From an uncultured Clostridia bacterium (GTDB lineage Bacteria > Bacillota > Clostridia > TANB77 > CAG-508), in the NCBI GenBank assembly GCA_963559365.1, contig CAUWKC010000004.1, positions 8,431 to 72,430 of the forward strand: a stretch of DNA of 64,000 bases, read 5' to 3'. The notes beneath the pieces are model-generated. The model was not told the DNA's origin and did no database searches. It saw only the letters and a list, made by a program, of their open reading frames with translations. Numbering within the stretch: position 1 is the stretch's first letter; every line of letters begins with the position of its first letter. This document shows, in pieces, positions 19,120-30,370 of this stretch. The translations under genes were made by a program, and so were the position numbers.

Positions 19120-19542
19120 ATGAAATCACAAAAAGGAATAAGCCTTATTTCATTAACTGTATATATTATTGTAATGGTTGTTATTGTAGCTATTATATCT
19201 TTGCTTAGTTCTTATTTTTATACTAATTTAAAGGAAACAGAAGGAAATTTAAATCCTTTGACAGAATATACAAAATTTAATAGCTTTTTTGCAGATGAAG
19301 TTAATCATAGCAATATAAAAGTATTAGAATGTGAACAAAATTATGTAGTTTTTGACAATGGTGTTCAATATACTTTTGTTAATGAAAACAGAGCAATTTA
19401 TAGAAATAAAGTAAAGGTATGCCAAGAAGTAGAAAATTGTACTTTTGAATATAAAATAAAAAACGGAAAAACAGTTGTTAATGTAAAATTAAAAATGAAA
19501 AATTCAAATGAAAAGTCAATAGAATACACATTAAAAAATTAG
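19120..19542 (+). CDS. minor pilin/pseudopilin
   Basis: MKSQKG|ISLISLTVYIIVMVVIV prepilin-type N-terminus. Confidence 0.6.
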   Translation: MKSQKGISLISLTVYIIVMVVIVAIISLLSSYFYTNLKETEGNLNPLTEYTKFNSFFADEVNHSNIKVLECEQNYVVFDNGVQYTFVNENRAIYRNKVKVCQEVENCTFEYKIKNGKTVVNVKLKMKNSNEKSIEYTLKN

Positions 19543-19629
19543 TAAATTTATGTAATTCAATAAAAAACAGCAAAAATCAAAAAAATATAGTATAATAAAT
19601 AAGAGAAAATACGAAAGAAGGGAAAAGTT

Positions 19630-21267
19630 ATGGAGGTTAAAAAAAGACAACCAATAGGTGTAGAACTTGTAAAAAGAGGAATTGTAAAAGAAAAAGATAT
19701 CGAAAATGCTATTCAATATCAAAGTGACCATCCTAGTAAGAAATTAGGAGATATTTTATATATATTAAATGCCTGTGAACCAAATAAGCTAATTCAAGCT
19801 ATAGGAGATATTTTAGGTGAAAAAGGAATTCTTTTAACAGGGGATAAAATTAAAGTAAAAATAACCGATTATTTCTCTTATGATATAGCACAAAAAAATA
19901 AAGCTATTCCTTTTGAAGTTGCAGCAGGAAAAATCAAAGTTTGTTTTGCTAATACTGCTAATGTGAAAAATATTAATTCCATAAAAATGCTATTATTGAA
20001 CAAAGGTCTTGTTATGGACAGCTATATTACTTTTGAAAGTGATATTGAAAAGATTTTAGAATCATTAGAGGGAAAAGTAACTGCTGATTTTGCAATGTCA
20101 GAAGAAGGAAATGATACTATTATTGGATTAGTTGATAGTATTATCAAAACAGGAATGAAAAGAAGAGCAAGTGATATTCATATTGAACCAATGGCAAAAG
20201 AAGTTCGTGTTAGATATCGTATAGATGGAGAGCTATTTACAGCTGCAAAAATTAAAAAAGAAAAACAACAACAAATAGTAGGAAGATTAAAAGCAATATC
20301 TAATATGCACCAAGAAAAGCAAGAAGCACAAGATGGTAGAATTTTATTATATGATGATTATAATATTCGTGTATCTTCTCAACCTAATGTATATGGAGAA
20401 AAATTTGTTTTAAGATTGTTAAAGAAAAATGAAAATATCAAAAATATTTTTGATTTAGGTTTTCCAGGAGATGAAGATCAACTAAGAAATAGTATTCAGA
20501 AAAAGAATAGTATTACAATTATTGCAGCACCAACTGGAGAAGGTAAAACAACAACACTTTATAGTATAATGGATTACTTAAATAGTCCAGAAATTAATAT
20601 AACTACAATAGAAGATCCAGTTGAAATTAGGATTCAAGGATTAAACCAAATTGAAATTGATAATCGTTCTTCTTTTTCAAGTTCTCTTAGAACAGTATTA
20701 AGACAAGATCCAGATATAATATTAGTAGGAGAAATTCGTGACACAGAAACAGGAGAAATCGCGATTCAAGCAGGACAGACTGGACATTATGTATTATCTA
20801 CAATACATACAATAGATAGTTTAGAAGTTATTACAAGATTAAGAAAAATGGGACTTTCTGATTATGACATTTCAAGCACATTAGCTACAGCTATTTCACA
20901 AAGATTAGTAAGAAAATTATGTCCAAAATGTAAAAAAGAAAGAAAATTTAATGAAGAAGAAAAGAAAATTATAAATTCTTTAGGAGAAAGATATAATTCT
21001 AAATTTGATTTATCAGGTACTACATATGATGCAGTTGGATGTAAACATTGTAACAATACAGGATATTATGATAGAATAGGTATTTTTGAAGTTTTAAATC
21101 TGAGTGAAGAAATAAAAGAAGCTATTATGGCAGGAAAATCTAGCTTAGAAATTAAAAAATTAGCTTTAGAAGAAGGATATAAACCATTAGTAATTGATGG
21201 CATTAGAAAAGTAGTTAAAGGTTATACTACTTTAGAAGAATTGAATAAAAAATTATTACTATTCTAA
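19630..21267 (+). CDS. pilB: type IV pilus assembly ATPase PilB (GspE family)
   Basis: Walker A APTGEGKTTT, Asp/His boxes, Walker B ILVGEIRD and a tetracysteine CPKC...CKHC motif. Confidence 0.9.
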   Translation: MEVKKRQPIGVELVKRGIVKEKDIENAIQYQSDHPSKKLGDILYILNACEPNKLIQAIGDILGEKGILLTGDKIKVKITDYFSYDIAQKNKAIPFEVAAGKIKVCFANTANVKNINSIKMLLLNKGLVMDSYITFESDIEKILESLEGKVTADFAMSEEGNDTIIGLVDSIIKTGMKRRASDIHIEPMAKEVRVRYRIDGELFTAAKIKKEKQQQIVGRLKAISNMHQEKQEAQDGRILLYDDYNIRVSSQPNVYGEKFVLRLLKKNENIKNIFDLGFPGDEDQLRNSIQKKNSITIIAAPTGEGKTTTLYSIMDYLNSPEINITTIEDPVEIRIQGLNQIEIDNRSSFSSSLRTVLRQDPDIILVGEIRDTETGEIAIQAGQTGHYVLSTIHTIDSLEVITRLRKMGLSDYDISSTLATAISQRLVRKLCPKCKKERKFNEEEKKIINSLGERYNSKFDLSGTTYDAVGCKHCNNTGYYDRIGIFEVLNLSEEIKEAIMAGKSSLEIKKLALEEGYKPLVIDGIRKVVKGYTTLEELNKKLLLF

Positions 21268-21288
21268 AAGTAATAAAGGAGGATACAT

Positions 21289-22386
21289 ATGAACTTAGAA
21301 AAAATATTAGATGAAGCTATAAAATCAGATGCTTCTGATGTACACTTGATTTGTAATAACAAGCCAATGCTAAGAATTGCAAGAACATTAACACCAGTAC
21401 CAAATAGCAAAATATTGACTATAGATGATATGAATGAATTATATGATTTTTTAATAAAAGGAAATATCGATAAAGATGAAGTATTTACTACTACAAGAAA
21501 ATTAGATATGTCTTATGAATATAAAGACATTCGTTTAAGAGTTAATATTTCACTTTCTGATGATGTTCCAATTTGTACACTAAGATTGATAAAAAATGAA
21601 TTACCAAGTTATGAATCATTAGGAGTACCAGACATAGTAAGAAGAATGACATATCAACCACAAGGATTGATTTTAGTTACTGGTAAAACAAATTCAGGTA
21701 AAAGTACAACATTAAATGCTTTAATAAATCATATTAATGAAAATCAAAACAAAAAAATTCTGACTTTAGAAAATCCAGTAGAATATAAACACCATTCAAA
21801 AAAATCACTTATTGTACAAAAAGAAGTAGGAAGAGGAAGAGATAGTTTAACATTTAGTGATGGTGTAAAGAACTCTTTAAGAGAGGACTGCGATATATTA
21901 GTAATAGGAGAGATACGTGATAAAGTAACCATGGAAGCAGCAATAGAAATGGCAGAATCTGGTCACTTAGTTATAGGAACATTGCATACTAAATCTTGTG
22001 CAGAAACAATAGACAGAATGATAAATTTCTATGAAGTAAGAGACCAAGGTATGATTAAATACTTGTTATCAGCTTTATTAAAACTAGTAGTATCTCAAAG
22101 ATTATTACCAGGAACAGATGGAAAATTAGTGCTAGTACCAGAAGTTATGGTTGTAGATAATATAGTAGCAGGAATTATACGTAAAGAAAAATTAAGTGTA
22201 TCTGAAATTGAAGATGCAATACAAAGTAACTTAGAAAAAGGAAGTATTGGATTAATAAACTCATTAGCAGAACTTTTTGTTAATGATAAAATCACATTAG
22301 AACAAGCAAAAGCACAAATTGAGGAAAAGAATTTAGAAACATTGAATAGAACAATTATGCAATTAAAAATAAAACGCAATAAATAA
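21289..22386 (+). CDS. pilT: twitching-motility retraction ATPase PilT
   Basis: ASDVHL, GKTNSGKSTT Walker A, ILVIGEIRD and GHLVIGTLHT. 365 aa. Confidence 0.85.
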   Translation: MNLEKILDEAIKSDASDVHLICNNKPMLRIARTLTPVPNSKILTIDDMNELYDFLIKGNIDKDEVFTTTRKLDMSYEYKDIRLRVNISLSDDVPICTLRLIKNELPSYESLGVPDIVRRMTYQPQGLILVTGKTNSGKSTTLNALINHINENQNKKILTLENPVEYKHHSKKSLIVQKEVGRGRDSLTFSDGVKNSLREDCDILVIGEIRDKVTMEAAIEMAESGHLVIGTLHTKSCAETIDRMINFYEVRDQGMIKYLLSALLKLVVSQRLLPGTDGKLVLVPEVMVVDNIVAGIIRKEKLSVSEIEDAIQSNLEKGSIGLINSLAELFVNDKITLEQAKAQIEEKNLETLNRTIMQLKIKRNK

Positions 22387-22400
22387 AGGAGGACAAAAAA

Positions 22401-23747
22401 ATGCCTGTCTATACCTATAAAGCAATAACAAAAACAGGTGTCATAGTAAGAAACAAAGTAGAATCAAGTAGTAGACAAAACCTAATTAAATCTTTAAAAA
22501 ATGGTAATTTATTACCAATATCAATCGAACAAGTTTCTTACCGTGGTGCTAAAAAACCGAAAAAACAAAAAAGAAATGTTACTGATATTCAAGAAATCAT
22601 GAAAAATGTAAATACTACACAATTGGGAAATAAAAAGAAAACATTAAGTATAAAAGAAAAAGTCAACTTATACTTTGCAAAAACAGAAAAAATAACCCAA
22701 AGAGACATAGTAGTATTCACACAAAACTTTTATCTATTAAAAAAGGCAAACTTCAATAATATACATGCATTAAGTACAATTATTGAAAGTACAGAAAACA
22801 TATCATTCAGAGGTGTTTTAGAAGATATATTAGCTGGAGTAGAAGCTGGAGAAAACATGTATACCACCATGGAATATTATTCTAACATTTTCCCATACAT
22901 CTATATCAATATGATAAAAGTAGGAGAACTATCAGGTTCACTAACAAACTCATTAGAACAAGCAGTAAAATACTTAGACGAAACAGAATCATTAAACAAA
23001 AAACTAAGAGGAATATTAATACCAAACATCATACAATTTGTTTTATTAATAGTCATGTTAGTAGTAGGTACTTTATTTGCTATACCAGCAATACAAAATG
23101 TATTTGACGAATTAGGAACAGAAGAAACTTTACCAGCAATTACATTATGGTTTTCAAACTTTATTGACCAAGCAATGAAATACTGGTATATACCAACCAT
23201 ATTAATAGCAGCAATTGTAGCAGCGGTATTATTTTATATAAACACACCAAAAGGAAAATATAACTTTCACTATTTCAAATATAAAATGCCAATATTTGGA
23301 GAACTAATCTTTGCATTAGACTTTTCAAGACTAATGAAGGCAATGCTATTAAACCTAAAAAACGGAATGAGAATTCAAGAATCAATAGAAGTAAGCAAAA
23401 ACGTAGTAAAAAACTATGTAATGTTATCAATAATAGAAACATCCATAAACAACATCCTAGTAGGAGGATCATGGATAGAACCATTTGAAAAATCAGGTTT
23501 AGCAAAACCAATGGTAACCGAAATGTTAAAAATCGGTATGCAAACCGACCTAACCGAAATGATGGAAAAACTAGTAGAATACATGGAAATTGACATCGAC
23601 AACATAATGACAAAAATAATGAAAGCCTTACCACAAGTAATATATGCAATAGTTGGAGCAGTATTAATCTTCTTCGTATTAGTAGTATTAGTACCATGTA
23701 TCCAAGTATATATGGGTAACTTCTTATTCTCAGCATATGATGTATAA
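22401..23747 (+). CDS. pilC: type IV pilus platform protein PilC (GspF family)
   Basis: Two GspF repeats with 3-4 TM segments, directly after pilB/pilT. Confidence 0.8.
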   Translation: MPVYTYKAITKTGVIVRNKVESSSRQNLIKSLKNGNLLPISIEQVSYRGAKKPKKQKRNVTDIQEIMKNVNTTQLGNKKKTLSIKEKVNLYFAKTEKITQRDIVVFTQNFYLLKKANFNNIHALSTIIESTENISFRGVLEDILAGVEAGENMYTTMEYYSNIFPYIYINMIKVGELSGSLTNSLEQAVKYLDETESLNKKLRGILIPNIIQFVLLIVMLVVGTLFAIPAIQNVFDELGTEETLPAITLWFSNFIDQAMKYWYIPTILIAAIVAAVLFYINTPKGKYNFHYFKYKMPIFGELIFALDFSRLMKAMLLNLKNGMRIQESIEVSKNVVKNYVMLSIIETSINNILVGGSWIEPFEKSGLAKPMVTEMLKIGMQTDLTEMMEKLVEYMEIDIDNIMTKIMKALPQVIYAIVGAVLIFFVLVVLVPCIQVYMGNFLFSAYDV

Positions 23748-23801
23748 TGAGACAGTGGGGACGGTTCCTTTTAATGTTACGTATGCCGTTAGAAAGGATT
23801 G

Positions 23802-24695
23802 ATGTTTAAAATGAAAATAGGAATCGATTTAGGTGGAAGTCACATTGCAATTGGAGTTGTAGACAAAGAAGGAAGAATTTTAGAAAAGATTGAAAAGAGA
23901 TTAACAAAGGTAGAAAAACAAAATATTAAAAAAAGTATAGAGAAATATATAATAGAGCAAGTAAATATATTCCAACAAAAGTATAAAATAGAAGAAATAG
24001 GAATTGGAACGCCTGGAATAGTAAAAGATGGAGTTATTTTGACTGGAGGTAATTTATGTATAGAAAACTATAATATTGTAGAAAGATTACAAAAAAACAT
24101 AAAATTACCAATTAAATTAAGAAATGATGCTAAATGTGCAGCATTAGCTGAAAAGAAGTATGGATGTTTAAAAGAACATGAAAATAGAAGCTTATTTTTA
24201 ACACTAGGAACAGGAATTGGTGGAGCAATTTTATTTAATGATAATGTTTTAGGTGTGAATAATGAGTGTAGTTGCGAATTGGGACATATGGTAATTCATA
24301 ACCATGGTATTCCATGCCATTGCGGAAGAGAAGGGTGTTTTGAAAGATATGCTTCTATGAAAGCTTTGAAAAACAATTTAAGAAAAGCACTATCTTTAGA
24401 TGAAACAACAAGAGGACAAGAATTATTGGAAATGATAAGAGAGAATAGACCAGAAAAAGAAAATTATGAAGTTATTGAAAATACATTAACAGAATATATT
24501 GAAAATTTAAGTTTAGGAATTGACAACTTAATTCGCATTTTAGATCCAGAAAGAATTGGAATTGGAGGAAGTTTTGTTTATTTTGAAGATGTATTATTAG
24601 AGCGATTAGAAAAGGCATTAACTTTTAAAACAAAAGTAATTATTCAAACAGCTATATTGGGAAATGAAGCAGGTATAATAGGGGCAGTGTTATAA
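23802..24695 (+). CDS. glk: ROK-family glucokinase
   Basis: IGIDLGGSHIA, GTGIGGAI and CHCGREGCFE zinc motif. Start ambiguous (23799/23802/23811). Confidence 0.8.
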   Translation: MFKMKIGIDLGGSHIAIGVVDKEGRILEKIEKRLTKVEKQNIKKSIEKYIIEQVNIFQQKYKIEEIGIGTPGIVKDGVILTGGNLCIENYNIVERLQKNIKLPIKLRNDAKCAALAEKKYGCLKEHENRSLFLTLGTGIGGAILFNDNVLGVNNECSCELGHMVIHNHGIPCHCGREGCFERYASMKALKNNLRKALSLDETTRGQELLEMIRENRPEKENYEVIENTLTEYIENLSLGIDNLIRILDPERIGIGGSFVYFEDVLLERLEKALTFKTKVIIQTAILGNEAGIIGAVL

Positions 24696-24707
24696 AAATA
24701 GTAAACT

Positions 24708-24743
24708 AAAAGACATAGAAATATAAATTTTCTATGTCTTTTT
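24708..24743. terminator. bidirectional terminator
   Basis: AAAAGACATAGAAA...TTTCTATGTCTTTT between convergent genes. Confidence 0.7.
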
Positions 24744-24757
24744 ACAAAATAAGAATA

Positions 24758-26011
24758 TTATTTTCTACAATTTGAAATTTGAATAATTTTACCTGCATAA
24801 ATTAGGTTAGGATTAGCAATATTATTTAAAGCAACAATTTCTTGAACTGTAGTATAATAAGTTAGTGCAATTTGACTTAAAGTATCGCCATAACGAATTT
24901 TATAAAGGATTTTACCACAAGAGTTTTGACCTTCGCCATCTATTGAGGTATTAGAAATAATAATACGTTCACCTGGATAAATCAAATTAGGATTACGAAT
25001 ATTATTAATAGAAACAAGCTGATTTACTGTTGTGCCATATCGCAAAGCAATTTGACTTAAAGTATCACCTGATTTCACAACATAAGTTGTAGGATTGCTA
25101 GAAGAACTAACTGTTGAAATTCGTAGTTGTTGGCCAGGATAAATCAAATTAGGATTACGAATGTTATTAATAGCAACAAGTTGATTTACAGTAGTACCAT
25201 AACGAAGAGCAATTTCACTTAAAGTATCCCCAGATTTTACAACATAAGTAATAATATTCTCAGTAGAAGGAACATCTGGAATTTCAGGTGTTGGAAGTGG
25301 AGAAGTAGAAGAAAGAAAAATACCATCTGTAAATTGATTTCTATCTACATTACCAGAAATTCCATTAACACGACCAGTACTCGTATATTGCCATCCGACC
25401 CAAGTATTCCATTTTCCATTTGCACCAGGACTGCTAACACCATAATTAGCTATCCAAAGAGGGTATTTAGTTAATTCATTACTCAAAATAGTACGAGCAG
25501 TATAACTATTACTATAAATAACAGCCTCTGCCTGAGTAACACTTTCTAAAGTTTCCAAAAATGCCTTAGAAATTTCATTAATTTCAAAAATAGACAAACC
25601 ACCAAAACTTTCAAAATCCATAGCTAATCTACAATCTGGCTGTTTACCGCGAACAACACGAGCAAAAAAGTTAGCTTGTTCCTTAGCCTGTTCAACAGAC
25701 CTAGCAGTCACATAATGATAAAAACCTACACGTAAACCATTAGCCTTTGCATTTTTATAATTAATCTCAAAATAAGGATCAATATAAGACCTACCCTCAC
25801 TAGACTTAATATAAACCACATCAATACCAGCCTCTTTAACATCAGAAAAATCAACATTACCTTGCCAAGAACTAACATCAATACCCTGATAAATTTGGTC
25901 ACTAGAAGGACCAAACCCATAAGAAGGTAAAGAACAAGAAACTAGCAAAAAGAAACATAACAAAAAGCAACACACATATTTTTTAAAATTTAAATTTGAT
26001 TTCATACACAA
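24758..26011 (-). CDS. secreted GH25 muramidase with three C-terminal LysM domains
   Basis: Signal peptide, [24 protein letters not shown] (GH25), then 3x [20 protein letters not shown]...[10 protein letters not shown]. Confidence 0.85.
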   Translation of the reverse strand: MCMKSNLNFKKYVCCFLLCFFLLVSCSLPSYGFGPSSDQIYQGIDVSSWQGNVDFSDVKEAGIDVVYIKSSEGRSYIDPYFEINYKNAKANGLRVGFYHYVTARSVEQAKEQANFFARVVRGKQPDCRLAMDFESFGGLSIFEINEISKAFLETLESVTQAEAVIYSNSYTARTILSNELTKYPLWIANYGVSSPGANGKWNTWVGWQYTSTGRVNGISGNVDRNQFTDGIFLSSTSPLPTPEIPDVPSTENIITYVVKSGDTLSEIALRYGTTVNQLVAINNIRNPNLIYPGQQLRISTVSSSSNPTTYVVKSGDTLSQIALRYGTTVNQLVSINNIRNPNLIYPGERIIISNTSIDGEGQNSCGKILYKIRYGDTLSQIALTYYTTVQEIVALNNIANPNLIYAGKIIQISNCRK

Positions 26012-26032
26012 CCTCCTTATTTCATTTTATGC

Positions 26033-26090
26033 TGATACAGTGGGGACGGTCCCAAAATGTCTCACAATTTACAAGAATTATGTCGAAAAA
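26033..26090 (-). repeat. copy of dispersed intergenic repeat (reverse orientation)
   Basis: The reverse complement TCGACATAATTCTTGTAAATTGTGAGACATTTTGGGACCGTCCCCACTGTATCA aligns at about 75-80% with 33246-33301. Confidence 0.7.
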
Positions 26091-26263
26091 TGCGATGAAG
26101 TTTGAAAAAGTTTGCATAAAACACTTGCATTTATATGAAAAATTTGTTAAAATATAGAGCGTATTAATCACACAAAGAGAGTTTAAAGGGATGTGCCTAA
26201 TTATTTAGGTCCTATAAAACGAAGAAACTTTGTGGAAGAAATAACAAAAAAGGAGGAATTAAA

Positions 26264-27052
26264 ATGTCAGTAGTTGCAATGAAACAATTACTAGAAGCAG
26301 GTGTTCACTTTGGACATCAAACAAGAAGATGGGATCCAAAAATGGCAGAATATATATTTCAAGCTAGAAATGGAATTCACATCATCGATTTACAAAAAAC
26401 ATCAAAAAAATTAGATGAAGCATATAGCTTTATCAAAGAACAAGCAGAAGAAGGAAAAACAATTTTATTTGTGGGAACAAAAAAACAAGCACAAGAATGT
26501 ATGAAAGAAGCAGCATTAAAATGTGGAATGTTCTATGTTGACCAAAGATGGTTAGGTGGAATGCTAACAAACTTTGGAACAATTCAAAAAAGAATCCAAA
26601 GATTAAAAGAATTAGAAACTATGGAAGAAGATGGAACATTTGATGTATTACCTAAAAAAGAAGTAATCTTACTAAAAAAAGAAATGGAAAAACTAGAAAA
26701 AAATCTTGGTGGAATCAAAGAAATGGACAAATTACCAGGAGTAATTTTCTTAGTAGATCCTAAAAAAGAAAGAATTGCTATATTAGAAGCAAAAAAATTA
26801 GGAATTCCAGTAGTAGGATTAGTAGATACAAACTGTAATCCAGAAGAATTGGATTACCCAATTCCAGGAAATGACGATGCTATTAGAGCTGTAAAATTAA
26901 TTGCAGATGTTATGGCAAATGCTGTTATTGAAGGAAAACAAGGAGAAAGCTTTGAACCAGAGATGCAAGAAGAACAAGTAGCTGAAGCAGAAGAAGCAAC
27001 TAGCATTGAAGAAGTAGTAGAAGCTGCTGAAGAAAGCAAAGAAAATGCTTAA
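26264..27052 (+). CDS. rpsB: 30S ribosomal protein S2
   Basis: [18 protein letters not shown]. Confidence 0.95.
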   Translation: MSVVAMKQLLEAGVHFGHQTRRWDPKMAEYIFQARNGIHIIDLQKTSKKLDEAYSFIKEQAEEGKTILFVGTKKQAQECMKEAALKCGMFYVDQRWLGGMLTNFGTIQKRIQRLKELETMEEDGTFDVLPKKEVILLKKEMEKLEKNLGGIKEMDKLPGVIFLVDPKKERIAILEAKKLGIPVVGLVDTNCNPEELDYPIPGNDDAIRAVKLIADVMANAVIEGKQGESFEPEMQEEQVAEAEEATSIEEVVEAAEESKENA

Positions 27053-27122
27053 ATAAGAACAAAGAAGAGTAGAGCTGTTCTGCTCTACTTCTTTTCATAT
27101 AATAGAAAGGGAGGAATAAAAA

Positions 27123-28001
27123 ATGGTTACAGCAAGTTTAGTAAAAGAGCTAAGAGAAAAAACAGGAGCAGGAATGATGGACTGCAAAAAAGTATTAACT
27201 GAAACAGATGGAGACATGGACAAAGCAATTGAATTATTAAGAGAAAGAGGAATTGCAAAAGCAGCTAAAAAATCTGGAAGAATTGCAGCAGAAGGATTAG
27301 TAGAAGCATATATTGCAGAAGACGGAAAAACAGGAGCAGTTGTTGAAGTTAATTCAGAAACAGACTTTGTTGCTAAAAACGAAGAATTCAAAACATTTGT
27401 TATGAATGTAGCAAAACAAATTGTAGAAAAAAATCCAGCAGATGTAGAAGCATTATTAGCACAAGAATCAATTGAAGTAGCAGGAAAAACAGTACAAGAA
27501 GTATTAGTAGACAAAATTGCAACTATCGGAGAAAACATGAATATAAGAAGATTTATAAGATTTGAATCAGAAGGATTAGTAGAAAAATATATTCATGGAG
27601 ATGGAAAAATTGCTGTTTTAGTAAACATGAAAAAAGGAAACAAAGAAGTAGCAAAAGATATTTGTATGCAAATTGCTGCAGCAAGACCTGAATATGTAAG
27701 AAAAGAAGAAGTACCAGAAGAAAGAGTAGCAAAAGAAATGGAAATCCTAAAAGCACAAACTATGAATGAAGGAAAACCAGAAGCAATTGCTGAAAAAATA
27801 GTACAAGGAAGAATTGGAAAATTCTATGAAGAAATCTGTTTAATTGACCAAGCATTTGTAAAAGATCCAAATAAAAAAGTAAGTCAATTATTAAGTGAAA
27901 AAGACGCAGATGTAATAGCATTTGCAAGATTTGAAAAAGGTGAAGGAATCGAGAAGAAAGAAGAAAATTTTGCAGAAGAAGTTATGAACCAATTAAAATA
28001 A
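27123..28001 (+). CDS. tsf: elongation factor Ts
   Basis: [20 protein letters not shown]. Confidence 0.95.
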   Translation: MVTASLVKELREKTGAGMMDCKKVLTETDGDMDKAIELLRERGIAKAAKKSGRIAAEGLVEAYIAEDGKTGAVVEVNSETDFVAKNEEFKTFVMNVAKQIVEKNPADVEALLAQESIEVAGKTVQEVLVDKIATIGENMNIRRFIRFESEGLVEKYIHGDGKIAVLVNMKKGNKEVAKDICMQIAAARPEYVRKEEVPEERVAKEMEILKAQTMNEGKPEAIAEKIVQGRIGKFYEEICLIDQAFVKDPNKKVSQLLSEKDADVIAFARFEKGEGIEKKEENFAEEVMNQLK

Positions 28002-28154
28002 TATTACAAAAAGATTTAGTGATAGATTATCATTAAATCTTTTTTGTTATACTTAAAAATAAATTAAGAAAATCTTAAAAAAAGGGTGTATTTTTTCAAA
28101 AACTATGATAAAATGTGCATGGCTAAAATATAAATTTTAAGGAGAGTGGAAAAT

Positions 28155-28862
28155 TTGTCAGAAGCAAAATATAAAAGAATATTATTAAAACTAAGTGGAG
28201 AAGCACTAGCCGGAGAACAAAAAACAGGAGTTAATGCAGAAATTATTGGGCAAATATGTGACAAAATAAAAGAAGTTGTAGAAATGGGAGTACAGGTTGC
28301 CATTGTCGTAGGAGGTGGGAACTTCTGGAGAGGAAGAAATGGACATGAAATGGAACGAACAACAGCTGATTATATGGGAATGTTAGCAACAGCAATGAAT
28401 GGATTAGCTCTACAAGATGCCTTAGAAGCAAGAGGAATTTATTCAAGAGTACAAACAGCAATTGAAATGAGAGAAATTGCAGAACCATTTATTCAAAGAA
28501 AAGCAGAAAAGCATTTAACAAGAGGAAGAGTAGTAATTTTTGCAGGAGGAACAGGTCATCCTTATTTTACAACAGATACAGCTGCAGTTCTTAGAGCAAC
28601 AGAAATTAAAGCTGACATTATTCTATTAGGAAAATCAATTGATGCAGTTTATTCTGCAGACCCTAAATTAGATCCCACAGCAACACGATATGAAGAAATT
28701 TCTTATATGGACGTTTTAGAAAAAGACTTAAAAGTAATGGATTCTACTGCAACAGCAATGTGCAGAGACAACAATATGCCATTATTGGTATTTGGAATTG
28801 CAGATCCAGAGAATATTGTAAGAGCAGTCAAGGGAGAAAAAATAGGAACAATAGTAAAATAA
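28155..28862 (+). CDS. pyrH: UMP kinase
   Basis: [13 protein letters not shown] and [13 protein letters not shown] 28155 is 9 nt after AAGGAGA; GTG 28146 overlaps the SD. Confidence 0.9.
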   Translation: MSEAKYKRILLKLSGEALAGEQKTGVNAEIIGQICDKIKEVVEMGVQVAIVVGGGNFWRGRNGHEMERTTADYMGMLATAMNGLALQDALEARGIYSRVQTAIEMREIAEPFIQRKAEKHLTRGRVVIFAGGTGHPYFTTDTAAVLRATEIKADIILLGKSIDAVYSADPKLDPTATRYEEISYMDVLEKDLKVMDSTATAMCRDNNMPLLVFGIADPENIVRAVKGEKIGTIVK

Positions 28863-28879
28863 AAAAAGGAGAGAAAATC

Positions 28880-29428
28880 ATGGATTATACAAATATAAAA
28901 GAAAAAATGGAAAAATCAATTAGCGTATATAGCGAAAAATTAGCAGAAATAAGAGCAGGACGTGCAAACCCTGCAATATTGAACAAAGTAAAAATAGATT
29001 ATTATGGAACACCAACACCAATTAATCAAGTAGCAGGTGTTTCTGTACCAGAAGCAAGATTGATAGTAATTCAACCATGGGATGTAAGTGTATTAAAAGA
29101 AATAGAAAAAGCAATTTTAGCTTCTGACATTGGAATTAATCCAAACAATGATGGAAAAGTAATAAGATTAGCATTTCCTGAATTAAATGAAGAAAGAAGA
29201 AAAGAAATTGTAAAAGATGTTCGTAAAATGGCAGAAGAAGCAAAAGTAGCTATTCGTGCTATTCGTAGAGAAGGAATGGACATAGCAAAAACAGCACAAA
29301 AAGAGGGAGAAATGACAGAAGACGAACTAAAACAAGCAGAAAATGAAATTCAAAAAATAACAGATAAAAATATTGAAGAAATCGACCAAATATTAGAAAG
29401 AAAAGAAAAAGAAGTAATGTCAGTATAA
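28880..29428 (+). CDS. frr: ribosome recycling factor
   Basis: EKMEKSI.....L..IRAGRANP.IL. ATG 28880 follows AAGGAGAG. The track ORF from 28760 overlaps pyrH and is an artefactual extension. Confidence 0.9.
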   Translation: MDYTNIKEKMEKSISVYSEKLAEIRAGRANPAILNKVKIDYYGTPTPINQVAGVSVPEARLIVIQPWDVSVLKEIEKAILASDIGINPNNDGKVIRLAFPELNEERRKEIVKDVRKMAEEAKVAIRAIRREGMDIAKTAQKEGEMTEDELKQAENEIQKITDKNIEEIDQILERKEKEVMSV

Positions 29429-29444
29429 AAATAGTAGGACTAAT

Positions 29445-30350
29445 ATGGGGGAGGAAAATAAAGTGGATTTCAAAGAAGAGCTAAAGAAATATCAGCAACA
29501 GGTTAATCAAGAATTAGAAAAACACATAAGAAAACAAAAATGTGCAGAAGAAAGATTAAACCAATCCATGGAATATAGTCTGATGGCAGGAGGAAAAAGA
29601 CTAAGACCAATTTTAGTTTTAGCTACTTATCAACTTTTCAATAAAGACATAAAAATTTGTATGCCTTATGCAGTAGCAATAGAAATGATACATAATTTTT
29701 CCCTAATTCATGATGACTTGCCAGGAATTGACAATGATGATATAAGGCACGGGAAACCAACAAATCATAAGCAATTTAACGAAGCAACAGCCATTTTAGC
29801 AGGAGATGGATTATTAAACAATGCTTATCAAGTTATAAGCAAAGACTTAATGAAAAGTGAACCAAAAGGGTTACCACAAAAAATAAAAATTTTTGAAGAA
29901 TTTACAGAAGCTGTTGATAGAATGATTGCAGGAGAATATGTAGACACAGAATTTGAAGGAAATAAAATAACACCAGAAGAATTGGAATATATTCACAAAA
30001 ACAAAACAGGAGCCTTATTAAAAATAAGTGTTAGAATGGGAGCAATATTAGGAGGCTGTACAAAAGAACAATTAAAGCAATTAACTGACTATGCAGAAAA
30101 AATAGGATTAGCATTTCAAATAAAAGATGACATTTTATCAGAAGAAGGAAATGAAGAAATTTTAGGAAAACCAGTAGGAAATGATAAAAAACTAGAAAAA
30201 TGTACATATGTATCACAATATGGTTTAGAAAAAGCGAAAGAAAAATTAGCAAAAATAATAGAAGAAGCAATAATTCAATTAAACGAATATGGAGAAAAAG
30301 CAGAATTTTTAAGACAATTAGCATACTATATCCAAAACAGAAACAAATGA
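29445..30350 (+). CDS. polyprenyl (farnesyl/geranylgeranyl) diphosphate synthase
   Basis: FARM LIHDDLPGIDNDDIRHGKPT and SARM FQIKDDILS. Alternative GTG start at 29463 has the better SD (GGAGG). Confidence 0.85.
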   Translation: MGEENKVDFKEELKKYQQQVNQELEKHIRKQKCAEERLNQSMEYSLMAGGKRLRPILVLATYQLFNKDIKICMPYAVAIEMIHNFSLIHDDLPGIDNDDIRHGKPTNHKQFNEATAILAGDGLLNNAYQVISKDLMKSEPKGLPQKIKIFEEFTEAVDRMIAGEYVDTEFEGNKITPEELEYIHKNKTGALLKISVRMGAILGGCTKEQLKQLTDYAEKIGLAFQIKDDILSEEGNEEILGKPVGNDKKLEKCTYVSQYGLEKAKEKLAKIIEEAIIQLNEYGEKAEFLRQLAYYIQNRNK

Positions 30351-30370
30351 TTTTGGAGTCGGAGGGAAAT

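Noticed and set aside
24780-25260. DNA-level repeats inside the muramidase gene.
   Set aside because: They correspond to the three LysM modules, two of which are about 90% identical at the protein level. This is ordinary domain duplication.
26160-26263. Structured rpsB leader (CACAAAG ... CTTTGTG helix enclosing a CCTAA/TTAGG hairpin) as an S2 autoregulatory element.
   Set aside because: It is plausible, but I cannot verify a match to any known leader model by eye, so it is too weak to report as a feature.
27095-27538. Long antisense ORFs opposite well-supported genes. Examples are 771-1262, 23275-23736, 27095-27538, 34236-34727, 50885-51304, 51255-51743, 52332-52886, 55805-56308 and 56342-56752.
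   Set aside because: They overlap conserved housekeeping genes on the other strand. Their products are Leu/Phe/Ser-rich low-complexity translations typical of the antisense of purine-rich coding strands, and they lack SD sequences.
28760-28879. 5' extensions of frr (from 28760) and uppS (from 30200) in the ORF track.
   Set aside because: The extensions overlap the upstream genes and have non-homologous N-termini. Internal ATGs with good SDs give the canonical N-termini.
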